From positions 3,995 through 67,994 of the forward strand of contig SORT01000006.1 of assembly GCA_004402895.1 (NCBI GenBank): a stretch of DNA of 64,000 nt, written 5' to 3'. Source of the stretch: Fidelibacterota bacterium MT.SAG.3. GTDB taxonomy: Bacteria; Fidelibacterota; SORT01. The notes beneath the pieces are model-generated. The model was not told the origin of the DNA. It worked only from the letters and a program-made list of their open reading frames with translations, and did no database searches. The stretch's first letter is position 1; each line of letters opens with the position of its first letter. Position numbers and translations under genes: made by a program. Of this stretch, positions 28,951 through 38,904 are shown piece after piece.

Positions 28951-30675
28951 ATGTCCCCTGAGAAGTCAAAAAGAAGATATCTCGAAGAGAGAGAGCAAGA
29001 CCTTAACGATCTGTTTGAAGTGAGCAGCAGACTAAGCTCTCTGACCAACTACGAATCGATAATCGAGCAGGTGCTTCTTTCATTGATGGGTCGACTGATG
29101 ATACAGAAATCCGCCTTCATGCTTATAGCGGGCGAGGAGGAGCTGCAGTTGATAAAAACTAAAGGATTAGATGGCTCATTAGAAGGAATGACAGTGAAAT
29201 ACTCTGATCTGCCGGAAAGTTTCTCCTCCGTATACGACTTAGATGACTTTAATCCTTTTAAAGAATTTCTAATTGAAAATAATATTGAAGTGCTGTTCCC
29301 ACTTATGAGGAAGGGTAGTATTTTAGGAATATTGGGTTTTGGAAAGCGACTTCTCGGCAAGAAGTATGAAAATGAGGAGATAAATTATGTCTCATCGCTA
29401 CTATCGCTTGCAGCCTCATCGATTGAGAACGCACTGATAGTAGCGGATATAAAAAGAGCCAGCAAAGGGCTGGATAGGAAAAATCAAGAGCTTCAAACTC
29501 TATTTGAACTCGGCAAGGAACTAAATTCTACGCTTGATCTGGATGAGATAGTCAAACAGTTCGGCTATGCGTTGATGGGACAATTGATGGTCAGCAAGTT
29601 TCTGCTGTATCTGAAAACAGAGAGTTCATTCGAGTTATTTCACAGTAAGGGATTTACACAAGAACATATTGACATATTATCTCCGTACGTAGACCAAATA
29701 ACCGGATTAGGCGAACCACTGCTTGTTAGGAACAAGGAGGATGGTCTGCAAAATGCTCTGGGTAAGGCTAATATCGCAGCTCTGATACCTCTGACGATAC
29801 AGGGTGAAAACCGGGGAACCCTCTGCATCGAGGAGAGGAAAGGAAACGAACCGTTTTCAACCGACGATCTTCAATTCCTTCATACTATGGGTGGACAGGC
29901 GATAATTTCGATCGAAAACGCTCGTTTATTCAAGGAGTCGCTTGAGCGCCAGAGACTTCAGGAAGAGTTGAATATTGCAAGAGAAATTCAGCAAGGACTT
30001 CTTACCTCAGATTTTAATATAGGTTCAGAATGGAAAGTTCATGGTAAAAATGTAGCAAGTTTAGAGGTGGGCGGAGATTACTTCGATGTGATAAAACTTG
30101 AAGATGGAAGGGTAGCATTGGTAATTGCGGATGTATCAGGAAAGGGCGCCGGAGCTTCTCTATTGATGTCAAACGTACAGGCAAGCCTAAGGGCTTTGAT
30201 AAACATCGAATCTGATCTCGGATTGCTCGTAAGGCGGATAAATGAAATATTATATGAAAATACAACTGCTGATAAGTTTGTTACGTTCTTTGTGGCGGTT
30301 CTCGATCCAAGTTCAATGAAATTGACCTATTGCAATGCAGGGCATAATCCACCATTACGTTTCAGTGAAACAGGAGAAGTTACCACGCTTGAAGAAGGCG
30401 GTCTGATCATAGGGATGATGCCGGGTGTTGAATATGAGACCGAAACCATTGATATAGTTAAAGGCGATAAGATCGTCATGTACACGGACGGTATTACTGA
30501 AGCCGAAGACAAAGAGGAGGTCGAGTACGGTGAAGAGAGGTTGATAAACCACATCAAACGTAATCTTCAGTTATCTCCGGAGGAACTTTTAGGCTCTATT
30601 GTGGATGATGTAAACAACCATGCCGTCGATCTTTCATCACAAGATGATGTGACTCTTCTCATCCTCGCGACCTGA
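28951..30675 (+). CDS. cytoplasmic GAF-GAF-PP2C (SpoIIE/RsbU-type) serine phosphatase
   Basis: No TM segments. GAF-like regions. PP2C core LEVGGDYFDV, VIADVSGKGAGASLLMS, MYTDGITEA, QDDVTLLIL. Confidence 0.8.
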   Translation: MSPEKSKRRYLEEREQDLNDLFEVSSRLSSLTNYESIIEQVLLSLMGRLMIQKSAFMLIAGEEELQLIKTKGLDGSLEGMTVKYSDLPESFSSVYDLDDFNPFKEFLIENNIEVLFPLMRKGSILGILGFGKRLLGKKYENEEINYVSSLLSLAASSIENALIVADIKRASKGLDRKNQELQTLFELGKELNSTLDLDEIVKQFGYALMGQLMVSKFLLYLKTESSFELFHSKGFTQEHIDILSPYVDQITGLGEPLLVRNKEDGLQNALGKANIAALIPLTIQGENRGTLCIEERKGNEPFSTDDLQFLHTMGGQAIISIENARLFKESLERQRLQEELNIAREIQQGLLTSDFNIGSEWKVHGKNVASLEVGGDYFDVIKLEDGRVALVIADVSGKGAGASLLMSNVQASLRALINIESDLGLLVRRINEILYENTTADKFVTFFVAVLDPSSMKLTYCNAGHNPPLRFSETGEVTTLEEGGLIIGMMPGVEYETETIDIVKGDKIVMYTDGITEAEDKEEVEYGEERLINHIKRNLQLSPEELLGSIVDDVNNHAVDLSSQDDVTLLILAT

Positions 30676-30780
30676 TGTTGATTTCACTTGTATCTTTTGG
30701 GAACAAATCCCACGTGTAATTGTATAAAACGAAGAACGATAGTAGCCCTGAACATGAAGATACCTTGTATTAAAAAGGTC

Positions 30781-30809
30781 TTGACAATCTTTTATTGTCT
30801 TATTATCTT
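30781..30809 (+). promoter_or_regulatory. sigma-70-like promoter upstream of the PorV-like gene
   Basis: TTGACA (30781-30786), 17 nt, TATCTT (30804-30809). Confidence 0.4.
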
Positions 30810-30945
30810 TGCGCTCTAACAAATAAATCATGAGGGCTTTATAAGTATATCGTTACAGTTTGATTTTGAAAGAATGACCCCGTGAACGCGTCAGCAAGTG
30901 CGCAATAAAGAGCTGACATAAGCGAATCGGAAATAATAGGAGATT

Positions 30946-32034
30946 TTGATGTTTAAAACTGTGATAGTAGCTCTCTCGTTAGCTGCGCTAATCTTTAACA
31001 CTACCCCTATATACTCTCAGAGTGAAGCAAGCGCCCCATTCCTGCTTATAGCTCCTGGTGCACGTGCCAGTGGTATGGGAGAAGCAAACGTTGCGATCGC
31101 AGATGATGCCGTCGGCGGATATTATAACCCGGCAGGAATTGCATGGACAGAAGGTAGAAAAATCTCTTTAATGCGGGCAAAATGGCTGCCCAATCTTGTA
31201 GATGACATAAGTTATAATTTTCTCGGATATAGTCAGTATATCGAGGGATTGGGTTCTATCGGTGGACATCTAATTTATTTGGACCTTGGAGAACAGATAC
31301 AAACCGGTACATCCGGACCGGAAGAAATCGGAAGATTTCAATCTTTTATGCTCGCGATTGCAGCAACATATGCCGCTGATTTTAGTGAAAACTCAACTGT
31401 AGGTATAAATGTAAAATTAGTTCACCAAGACCTTGCGCCGAGCAGCGCCGGAAGACAACCGGGATCCGGAAGGGCCACCTCGTTCGCTTTTGATGTTGGG
31501 CTACTTACGCGAGAAAAGTTTTTCACAGGACTCGATTTAGGCATTGCCATAGCGAATATCGGTCCCAGTGTTCAATTCATTGATGCAAATCAAGCCGACC
31601 CGATGCCGATGAATCTAAAAGTAGGTATGAGTTACTTGATTTTTGACGGTGAATTCAACTCATTTCGCTTTGCATACGATATGAATAAGCTTCTCGTGGC
31701 ATCATATCCGAAACAAGGCGACAGAGACGCATATAAAGACCCATTTTACAAAGCATTTTTCACATCCTGGACAGACGATACTCCTAATATGGAATGGCAA
31801 AAGATAATTCATAATCTCGGTTTTGAATATTGGTATGCAGGTTTAGTTGCCCTTAGGGGAGGAGTTTTCAGGGATTTTTTCCTAAAGAATGAAGATAACA
31901 GCGTAGCGTTGATGAAAACTCTCGGTATAGGAATTAGGTACAACACCTTAGGATTTGATTTCGGTTACGTAGACGGCCCGGAAGGTCATCCGTTGACCAA
32001 CACAATGCGATTCAGCATTAATATGAACTTTTAA
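30946..32034 (+). CDS. PorV/PorQ-family outer-membrane beta-barrel protein (T9SS-associated)
   Basis: Signal peptide. APFLLIAPGARASGMGEANVAIADDA...YNPAGIA is the N-terminal signature I associate with PorV/PorQ-type barrels. C-terminal residue is F. ATG at 30949 is an alternative start. Confidence 0.6.
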   Translation: MMFKTVIVALSLAALIFNTTPIYSQSEASAPFLLIAPGARASGMGEANVAIADDAVGGYYNPAGIAWTEGRKISLMRAKWLPNLVDDISYNFLGYSQYIEGLGSIGGHLIYLDLGEQIQTGTSGPEEIGRFQSFMLAIAATYAADFSENSTVGINVKLVHQDLAPSSAGRQPGSGRATSFAFDVGLLTREKFFTGLDLGIAIANIGPSVQFIDANQADPMPMNLKVGMSYLIFDGEFNSFRFAYDMNKLLVASYPKQGDRDAYKDPFYKAFFTSWTDDTPNMEWQKIIHNLGFEYWYAGLVALRGGVFRDFFLKNEDNSVALMKTLGIGIRYNTLGFDFGYVDGPEGHPLTNTMRFSINMNF

Positions 32035-32106
32035 CTTCATCGAACAGAAATTTCACGGGTGAAAAGCTAATGCATTATTTCACTTGGTGATTGGAAACAC
32101 CTCCAA

Positions 32107-35100
32107 TTGAATCTTCAGAAGAATACACTTTTACTTATTCTCTGTTGTTGCATTTCAATTGAGTCTTACGGGCAGGTCAAACCCAATTTCAAACTTCCGA
32201 AACTGACTTCCACTTTGAAATCGGTCTCATTCAGAAGTAGCGTCCCTGATTCATTCAAGATCTTGGCAATACGCGTCGAGTTCAAAAAAGATGTGGATGA
32301 AGGCTCAACCGGGAACGGATTATTTGATCTCACCTTGCCTGCCTTAGGAAGTGATTTCCAATTTGATCCGCCTCCTCATAACAGTATTTATTTTCTGGCA
32401 CACATCAAAGCGCTATCAAATTATTACAAGAAAGTATCCAACGGGAAGGTCATAATTGATTTAAAAGGCTCGGTGCTGACTCCGTCAAGTCGTAACGGAG
32501 CGTATTCCCTTTCTGACTCGATGCGTTTTTATAGTCCGAATTTAGACGACGAGACGAACGACCAGCGACTCGCGCAACTTTTTTATCAATCGATAAAAGC
32601 AGCTTCGATAGATATTGCTGATTTTAATGCGTTTGATCTGGTTACAATATTTCACGCGGGAGTAGGAAAGGATTTTGTCTTCCAGCTCGATCTCTCTCCG
32701 TTCGATGTTCCCTCGGCATATCTTGATTCAGATTTTTTGTCGAAATATTTAACAGTCGCGGAATTTTCAGAGCTTCAGGCATTTGGAGTAGAGAAAGGAA
32801 TTATTCTACCGGAGACTCAAAGTCAGGAAGGATTCGACATAGCCCTCAACGGAACCTTCGCGCTTCTCTTCGGCAGCTTCCTCGGACTGCCATCTCTATG
32901 GGATACGGACACGGGCAATCCCGGTATAGGCAAGTGGGGCTTAATGGATCAGGGCTCAAATAATATGAGCGGTTCCATGCCGGCATATCCGAGCGCCTTC
33001 ACACGAATAATCATGGGATGGGACAGGGCGGAGATTATCAGCTCAGGAACAGCTGTTCCCGTTGCAATGGCAGGGAGTGACAGCGGAACACATATCTACA
33101 GGATCCCTATAAACTCCAAAGAATATTTTTTAGTGGAAAACAGAAGCAACAGATCAGTCAAGAAAGCGGGCTTTGATTCGTTGAAAGTCGGCAGAGACAC
33201 AACATTCGTAAAATTTGACAGCGAGAAGAGCGGAGTCATAGTGAATGTAGTGAATTACGATGCGGGTCTCCCCGGTTCCGGACTGTTAATTTGGCATATT
33301 GATAACGAAGTAATTGCGGCAAATCGGGCAAGTAACAGTATAAACAACGATATTGATAACAGAGGCGTCGCTCTCGAAGAAGGTGACGGCTCGGAGGACA
33401 TAGGACATGAATTCGGTTTCTTACAGCCGGGCGGCGGCTCTGAAGTTGGCAGCCCTTGGGATCCTTTTTACGCGAAAAACCCCGCCTGGTACTTCCAAAA
33501 TCCGAATTTTGTACCGGAAAACCTTGACTCTGCCGTAGCATTCACGAGTAAAACTAATCCGGACAATAAGAGTAACTCTGGCGCTTTTACGGGTCTGAAT
33601 TTCACTAACATTTCAAAAGCAGGCGATCTGATGACTTTCGATCTTTCTTCAGATCTGTTAGCGAATGGATTTCCGGTATTTTTTACAGATTTAGAAATGC
33701 CCGGCAGCAATTCTCCCGCAGTAGCCGATTTTAACAACGATGGGAATAAAGAGCTGTTCATAGCTCTACCAAACGGTAGAATTCAGATTTGGACGATGAA
33801 TGGTGACATGGTCCAAGAATATTCCCCATATCGTAATTTGTTTACTGATATAGGGGACACTGTCGACGGGAGTATCGTAGTCACAGATCTTGGAGGAAAT
33901 GATTCTCTCGAGCTGATAGTAGCTGGGATAAATGGCATAGTTCAAATGTTTGAAGTCAACATACTGGGGTTCCCCTTACCACCAAATTTAGCGACTCCCG
34001 TGTGGACAGTTGATATTGAAAGTAAAATCATTGCCACTCCCTTGGTTGCAGAAGGCGCTATATATGTAGGTGGAGTCGATGGAAGCATAACCAAGATCGA
34101 TTACGGCGGCAACATCCTGTCTACATCTTCCGGGACATCGACTATCCGCAGTATGGCTTACTCAAATACATCTGGATTGATACATTCGGGTGAGCATGTG
34201 GTAAGAGGCATTATAAATCAGAATCAGGCATTTTATATTAGCGTAAATTTTGATGGTATTGTAAAAATAGATGAAGTTGACCCGTTACTGCTCGAAGTTT
34301 CAAGTTCAGGTTATGAGCCATTGCAATTCAGATACGACACAGGGGATTCCATACTTTCTTCTCCCGCGCTCGCTGATATTGATGCAGACGGCGAATTGGA
34401 ACTGATCATCACAGGCAACAATAAATTATGGGCTTTTAACGGTAATCTCTCTCTCGTTGCTAACTTTCCCGTGACGATAAACGGTCAGAATCCTGTCGGT
34501 CAAATTCAGTCTTCTCCCGTAATTGGAGATGTCGACGGCGACGGACTTCCTGATATAGTTTTCGGCGCACCGAACGGATTGGTCTATGGTTATCATGGTG
34601 ACGGTTCCCTTGTCGATGGCTTTCCTCTTTCAACGGGGGGGAGCATTCATTCCACTCTAGTAATTGATGATGTGATACCGGGTGGACCGATTGAGATTGT
34701 CGCAGCAAGTAACGACGGCTATTTATATATGTGGTCGATGTTAGAGGATGCGGAGGCTGATCCGCTGCTCCCCTGGCCTACATTCGCAGGTAATAACGAA
34801 CGGATGAACTACGCGCCTCCTTCAACATTCGATTCTCCCGCCGCGAATGAAAAACTTCTGGAACCGGGTAAAGTTTTTGCCTATCCAAATCCCGCAAAGG
34901 GGAATGAGACAAGGATTCGATATTTTGTGAGTGAGGTAAGCAGTGTCGATATAATGATATTCGACATGGCTGGCGAGTATGTAGACGCTCTGCAGGATGA
35001 ACATATCATTCAAAATGAATACAATGAAACGGTTTGGAATGTGAGCAGGGTTTCGAGCGGAGTATATTTGGCAAGAGTAACGGCGACAGGTGTTGACGGA

Positions 35101-35142
35101 AGTAGCTCCTCGACCATCATCAAGATAGCGGTTGTTAAATGA
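32107..35142 (+). CDS. T9SS cargo: M6 (immune-inhibitor-A)-like domain with degenerate active site + FG-GAP/VCBS repeats + C-terminal sorting domain
   Basis: Signal peptide. M6-like block FALLFGSFLGLPSLWDT...GKWGLMDQGS...IMGW...LLIWHID. FG-GAP-type DFNNDGNKE, DIDADGELE, GDVDGDGLPD. CTD from about 34870 (KVFAYPNPAKGNETRIRY...GVYLARV). Confidence 0.7.
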   Translation: MNLQKNTLLLILCCCISIESYGQVKPNFKLPKLTSTLKSVSFRSSVPDSFKILAIRVEFKKDVDEGSTGNGLFDLTLPALGSDFQFDPPPHNSIYFLAHIKALSNYYKKVSNGKVIIDLKGSVLTPSSRNGAYSLSDSMRFYSPNLDDETNDQRLAQLFYQSIKAASIDIADFNAFDLVTIFHAGVGKDFVFQLDLSPFDVPSAYLDSDFLSKYLTVAEFSELQAFGVEKGIILPETQSQEGFDIALNGTFALLFGSFLGLPSLWDTDTGNPGIGKWGLMDQGSNNMSGSMPAYPSAFTRIIMGWDRAEIISSGTAVPVAMAGSDSGTHIYRIPINSKEYFLVENRSNRSVKKAGFDSLKVGRDTTFVKFDSEKSGVIVNVVNYDAGLPGSGLLIWHIDNEVIAANRASNSINNDIDNRGVALEEGDGSEDIGHEFGFLQPGGGSEVGSPWDPFYAKNPAWYFQNPNFVPENLDSAVAFTSKTNPDNKSNSGAFTGLNFTNISKAGDLMTFDLSSDLLANGFPVFFTDLEMPGSNSPAVADFNNDGNKELFIALPNGRIQIWTMNGDMVQEYSPYRNLFTDIGDTVDGSIVVTDLGGNDSLELIVAGINGIVQMFEVNILGFPLPPNLATPVWTVDIESKIIATPLVAEGAIYVGGVDGSITKIDYGGNILSTSSGTSTIRSMAYSNTSGLIHSGEHVVRGIINQNQAFYISVNFDGIVKIDEVDPLLLEVSSSGYEPLQFRYDTGDSILSSPALADIDADGELELIITGNNKLWAFNGNLSLVANFPVTINGQNPVGQIQSSPVIGDVDGDGLPDIVFGAPNGLVYGYHGDGSLVDGFPLSTGGSIHSTLVIDDVIPGGPIEIVAASNDGYLYMWSMLEDAEADPLLPWPTFAGNNERMNYAPPSTFDSPAANEKLLEPGKVFAYPNPAKGNETRIRYFVSEVSSVDIMIFDMAGEYVDALQDEHIIQNEYNETVWNVSRVSSGVYLARVTATGVDGSSSSTIIKIAVVK

Positions 35143-38108
35143 CCGTTATCAGAAATCTTTCTCTTCATTTTATAATTCAGCTTATACTTCTAAGTTCACT
35201 GAATGCCCAACCAAGATATAATCATCCCGAATTGGAATGGAAGACGATAGAAACGGAACATTTCACAGTTACCTATCATAAAGGGCTTGAGAATTCCGCG
35301 AAGAGAGTGGCGAAGATAGCCGAAGAAATTTATGGACCGATAACAGAGCTCTACAATCATGAACCCGAAAATCCTGTCAGATTTATCGTTCAGGATACAG
35401 ACGATATTTCCAACGGCGCAGCCTATTTCTATGATAATAAGATAATCATCTGGGCATTGCCGATGGATTACGACATGCGCGGCACACATAATTGGCTCAG
35501 AGATGTCGTAACGCATGAGTTCACTCATATTGTCTCGATGCAGGCTGCGATGAAATTCAACAGGAAACTCCCTGTGTTTTATATTCAATGGTTCAGATAC
35601 GAAAAAGAACAGCGCGATGATGTTGTCAGGGGATTTCCGAACGGAGTTGTCTCGTATCCCTATTCCGGCCTGACCACTCCGCTCTGGTTTGCGGAGGGAA
35701 TAGCGCAGTATAACAGTGAAAAGCTTCAATACGATCATTGGGATTCACATAGAGACATGATATTGAGGGAGCGAACGCTAAGTAATTCGCTTCTGAGTTT
35801 TAATGACATGGCTGTATTCGGGAAGACAGGTACAGGTAATGAAGGCGTTTATAATCAAGGTTACTCATTCGTGAGCTATGTTGCGCGCACGTATGGAGAG
35901 AAATCATTAAGCGGCATTGCCAAGGCGCTCTCTGCCAAGAGACCTGTCTCGATATCAAACGCAATAAAAAAAGCGACCGGGGTCAGCGGTGATGAAGTTT
36001 ATGATAATTGGAAAGAAGAACTTGAAGAAAATTATCGCTCAAAAACACTTCTATTGTCGGCAAACTTGGTGAGCGGCAAACTGATAAACGCTGCGGGAAC
36101 GGCGAATTTCTTTCCCTCCTGGTCAACGGACGGTGAGCAATTGGCTTTCATCTCCAATAAAGGGAATGATTATCTATCTCAGACCAGTCTGTATCTGTAC
36201 TCAAAAGAAGAGGGGAAGATAAAAAAAATTGCCTCCGGTGTTCAATCATCACCGTCATGGTCTCCCGACGGTAAAAAGGTAGTTTATGGGAAGATCTCCA
36301 AGCCCGATAAACACGGTTCGACATATTTTGACCTATATGAATACGACACAGAAACGAAAAAAAATGACAGGCTCACTACCGGCGAGAGGGGCAGATATCC
36401 TGTCTACTCTCCTGACGGTAATTCTATCGCATTCGTGAGCAGCCGGGATGGTGAAAGTCTTATAATGCTTTACGATGTTGTCAGTAAAAAGGTCAAAGAG
36501 TTAACCCTATTTAGTGAGATACGACAGGTCTATAAACTCGATTGGTCGCCTGACGGAACGGCACTGCTTTTCGAAACTTCTACCTATAACGGTCGGGATA
36601 TCGCCGAAGTTGGCTCAGATGGAAGCGGTTTCAGGTTCATTTTAAAAACAGTGGCGGATGAGCGGCATCCCGTTTATTCGAAAGACAATATGAATATTTA
36701 TTTTTCTTCCGACAGAACAGGAATTTTCAATATCTATACTTATGACAGGAAAACGGCGGAAGCGAAGCAACTGACTAACGTGAGGGGGGGCGCGTTCATG
36801 CCTTCTGAATCCCCCGACGGAACTGTTGCATATTCTGAGTATTCGATCAACGGTTATAAAATTATGTCATTGGAAGAGTTGGGGGAAGTCTCAGCTGATA
36901 AAAGCGTCTACAACTCCGGATATTTACGGGATCTTCCTACTATTGATTACGATCAGAACAGCAGTCCGGAATACGAGGCGAAGAAGTACGAAACCACTCA
37001 CTCTACGATATTCTTCTTACCGAGATTGATGATCGATTACGGCACTCTCAAACTTGGCGGATACATCTTCTCGAATGAACTACTCAATAAGATAAGTATC
37101 CTCGGCGGCGGAGCGATAAACAGGCGTGGAGATTATGATCTATATTTGCGATTAGATTACAATCATTTAGCTCCTAATCTGTTTATCGAGGCGTATGGAA
37201 TTTCTCAGAATGTCGAAGATTCGATTGAGATTGCGTTCAAGAAAACACCGGTTGACATCAAATTCAATCTGCTTGAGGTATCTCCCGGCATGACATTTTA
37301 CAAGGGTGGACGGGATGACATAACTTTTCGATTCAGCTACAGCAGATATTCAGCGACACAGATAGGTTTTCTGGAATTGAACAATAACGCAGGTTTCGCG
37401 AAATTTTCAGCCGGTTACAACTATTTCATAGGCAGAAATCTCAGTGTGAATTGGAAGAGAGGCGGAACTCATCGCAGCTCCAAAAGCTATATAGCGCGGG
37501 ACAAAGGTATGAATTGGAATTTATCGTACAATCAAAAGTGGGATAGATTTATTGTGGCTTTTGCTCGGGATGAAAATTTCGGGACTACTATAGATATATT
37601 TGAGCCGTACAATTATTATCAAGTGGATCTTGAATTTGACAAATATTTTCGCCTTCCATTCAAAAGCGCACTTGCCTTGAATATAGACGGGGGTTATATT
37701 TCAGAAGAAGTAGTGGATTTCCTTTATTATTTTGGCGGAGGTCTGTTAGGAATGAAGGGATACTCTTTTTATAGTATAGAAGGGGAACGAAAAGCAATAG
37801 GTAGTGCGTCGGTGAATGTGCCTATTATAAAGAACGTAAACAAGACTTTGTTAAACCTTTACATTAGGGATATTTATGGGGGTCTGTTCTTTCAATATGG
37901 AAACGCGTGGTTAGAAGATGTTAAGTTAAATGAATTTAAGAGAACGATTGGATATTCTTTAAGAGTGGGAGCTTATTCCTTTTACGCTTTTCCTACTGCT
38001 TTTGAATTTCAAGGTGCTTTTGGTTTGGACGAATTTGAGGATGTTAATGGTATCAGCCGCGGAAATGAATGGAAATATTATTTCACACTTCTGTTCGATT
38101 TTTTATAA
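35139..38108 (+). CDS. fusion protein: HExxH metallopeptidase-like domain + PD40/TolB-type beta-propeller + Omp85-like C-terminal beta-barrel
   Basis: Signal peptide. VVTHEFTHIVS (35514-35528). PD40 repeats (SWSPDGKKVVYG, PVYSPDGNSIAFVS, DWSPDGTALLF). C-terminal FGGGLLGMKGYSF...GGLFFQYGNAW resembles the Omp85/D15 barrel motif. ATGA overlap with the upstream gene. Confidence 0.65.
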   Translation: MTVIRNLSLHFIIQLILLSSLNAQPRYNHPELEWKTIETEHFTVTYHKGLENSAKRVAKIAEEIYGPITELYNHEPENPVRFIVQDTDDISNGAAYFYDNKIIIWALPMDYDMRGTHNWLRDVVTHEFTHIVSMQAAMKFNRKLPVFYIQWFRYEKEQRDDVVRGFPNGVVSYPYSGLTTPLWFAEGIAQYNSEKLQYDHWDSHRDMILRERTLSNSLLSFNDMAVFGKTGTGNEGVYNQGYSFVSYVARTYGEKSLSGIAKALSAKRPVSISNAIKKATGVSGDEVYDNWKEELEENYRSKTLLLSANLVSGKLINAAGTANFFPSWSTDGEQLAFISNKGNDYLSQTSLYLYSKEEGKIKKIASGVQSSPSWSPDGKKVVYGKISKPDKHGSTYFDLYEYDTETKKNDRLTTGERGRYPVYSPDGNSIAFVSSRDGESLIMLYDVVSKKVKELTLFSEIRQVYKLDWSPDGTALLFETSTYNGRDIAEVGSDGSGFRFILKTVADERHPVYSKDNMNIYFSSDRTGIFNIYTYDRKTAEAKQLTNVRGGAFMPSESPDGTVAYSEYSINGYKIMSLEELGEVSADKSVYNSGYLRDLPTIDYDQNSSPEYEAKKYETTHSTIFFLPRLMIDYGTLKLGGYIFSNELLNKISILGGGAINRRGDYDLYLRLDYNHLAPNLFIEAYGISQNVEDSIEIAFKKTPVDIKFNLLEVSPGMTFYKGGRDDITFRFSYSRYSATQIGFLELNNNAGFAKFSAGYNYFIGRNLSVNWKRGGTHRSSKSYIARDKGMNWNLSYNQKWDRFIVAFARDENFGTTIDIFEPYNYYQVDLEFDKYFRLPFKSALALNIDGGYISEEVVDFLYYFGGGLLGMKGYSFYSIEGERKAIGSASVNVPIIKNVNKTLLNLYIRDIYGGLFFQYGNAWLEDVKLNEFKRTIGYSLRVGAYSFYAFPTAFEFQGAFGLDEFEDVNGISRGNEWKYYFTLLFDFL

Positions 38109-38120
38109 ATTAAAAATTGG

Positions 38121-38894
38121 ATGCAAATGAATTTTAAACACTACATAACTTTATTGATTTTTTTGGGTACTTTTTCTCAGTCGTTTGCCGGCGATGGGTT
38201 TCTTCTGAAGAGAGAAATGACGCTCAGTTCAGGTGAGACTCTGAGTTTGGCTTACCTTAACCTTAATTCCTCTATCCAAGACAGCGTAAGCAAGAGAGTT
38301 TTTGCCAAACGACCCGGTCGTTCATTCATGAGTTCCGCCGTGCTGCCCGGAGCCGGTCAGTATTATAACGGCTCTACCAAGAAATCTATTGGATTTTTTG
38401 TTGCTGAGATCGCTCTTTGGTGGGGTTATGCAACCTTTCAGGGGAATGCAAATGACAAGGTGGATGATTACAAGACATTTGCCGCTGATAATTGGAATTA
38501 TGAAGCCTGGATATCGACAGGGGCTGCAGATGAAGAAGGAGATAATATAGATATATCGAGTGACGGTGATCCTATACTGAATAACACATATTATGAAAAC
38601 ATAGGGAAATACGATAAATTTAACAAAGGTTGGATAGATGCTGTTTCGGGGAACGACGATACACAGAAACGTCAAGAATATAGAAAGATACAGCAAGACG
38701 CAAACCATCTCTTCAGCTTGGCAACGACGGTGGCGTCAACTGTCATGATGAACCATATATTGTCTGCTGCTGAAGCAGTATATACTGCTAAGAAACTTAA
38801 CGATGCAGCATCGATGAACATCTCCTTGAGAGCTATACCGGTTAGAACGGGAGACGGGATAAGCAGTCGATTAAGTCTGACTGTTGCGTGGTGA
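38121..38894 (+). CDS. DUF5683-like membrane/periplasmic protein
   Basis: Signal peptide. SAVLPGAGQYYNGSTKKSIGFFVAEIALWWGY resembles the DUF5683 signature (LPG.GQ.YN). Confidence 0.45.
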   Translation: MQMNFKHYITLLIFLGTFSQSFAGDGFLLKREMTLSSGETLSLAYLNLNSSIQDSVSKRVFAKRPGRSFMSSAVLPGAGQYYNGSTKKSIGFFVAEIALWWGYATFQGNANDKVDDYKTFAADNWNYEAWISTGAADEEGDNIDISSDGDPILNNTYYENIGKYDKFNKGWIDAVSGNDDTQKRQEYRKIQQDANHLFSLATTVASTVMMNHILSAAEAVYTAKKLNDAASMNISLRAIPVRTGDGISSRLSLTVAW

Positions 38895-38904
38895 TAGCGA
38901 ACAG

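Noticed and set aside
32396-32401. Sigma-54 promoter candidates (TGGCAC at 32396 and at 7379) that might be targets of the NtrC-like activator.
   Set aside because: Both are intragenic and lack the TTGC(A/T) -12 element at the correct 5-nt spacing. No convincing -24/-12 promoter was found in any intergenic region of the window.
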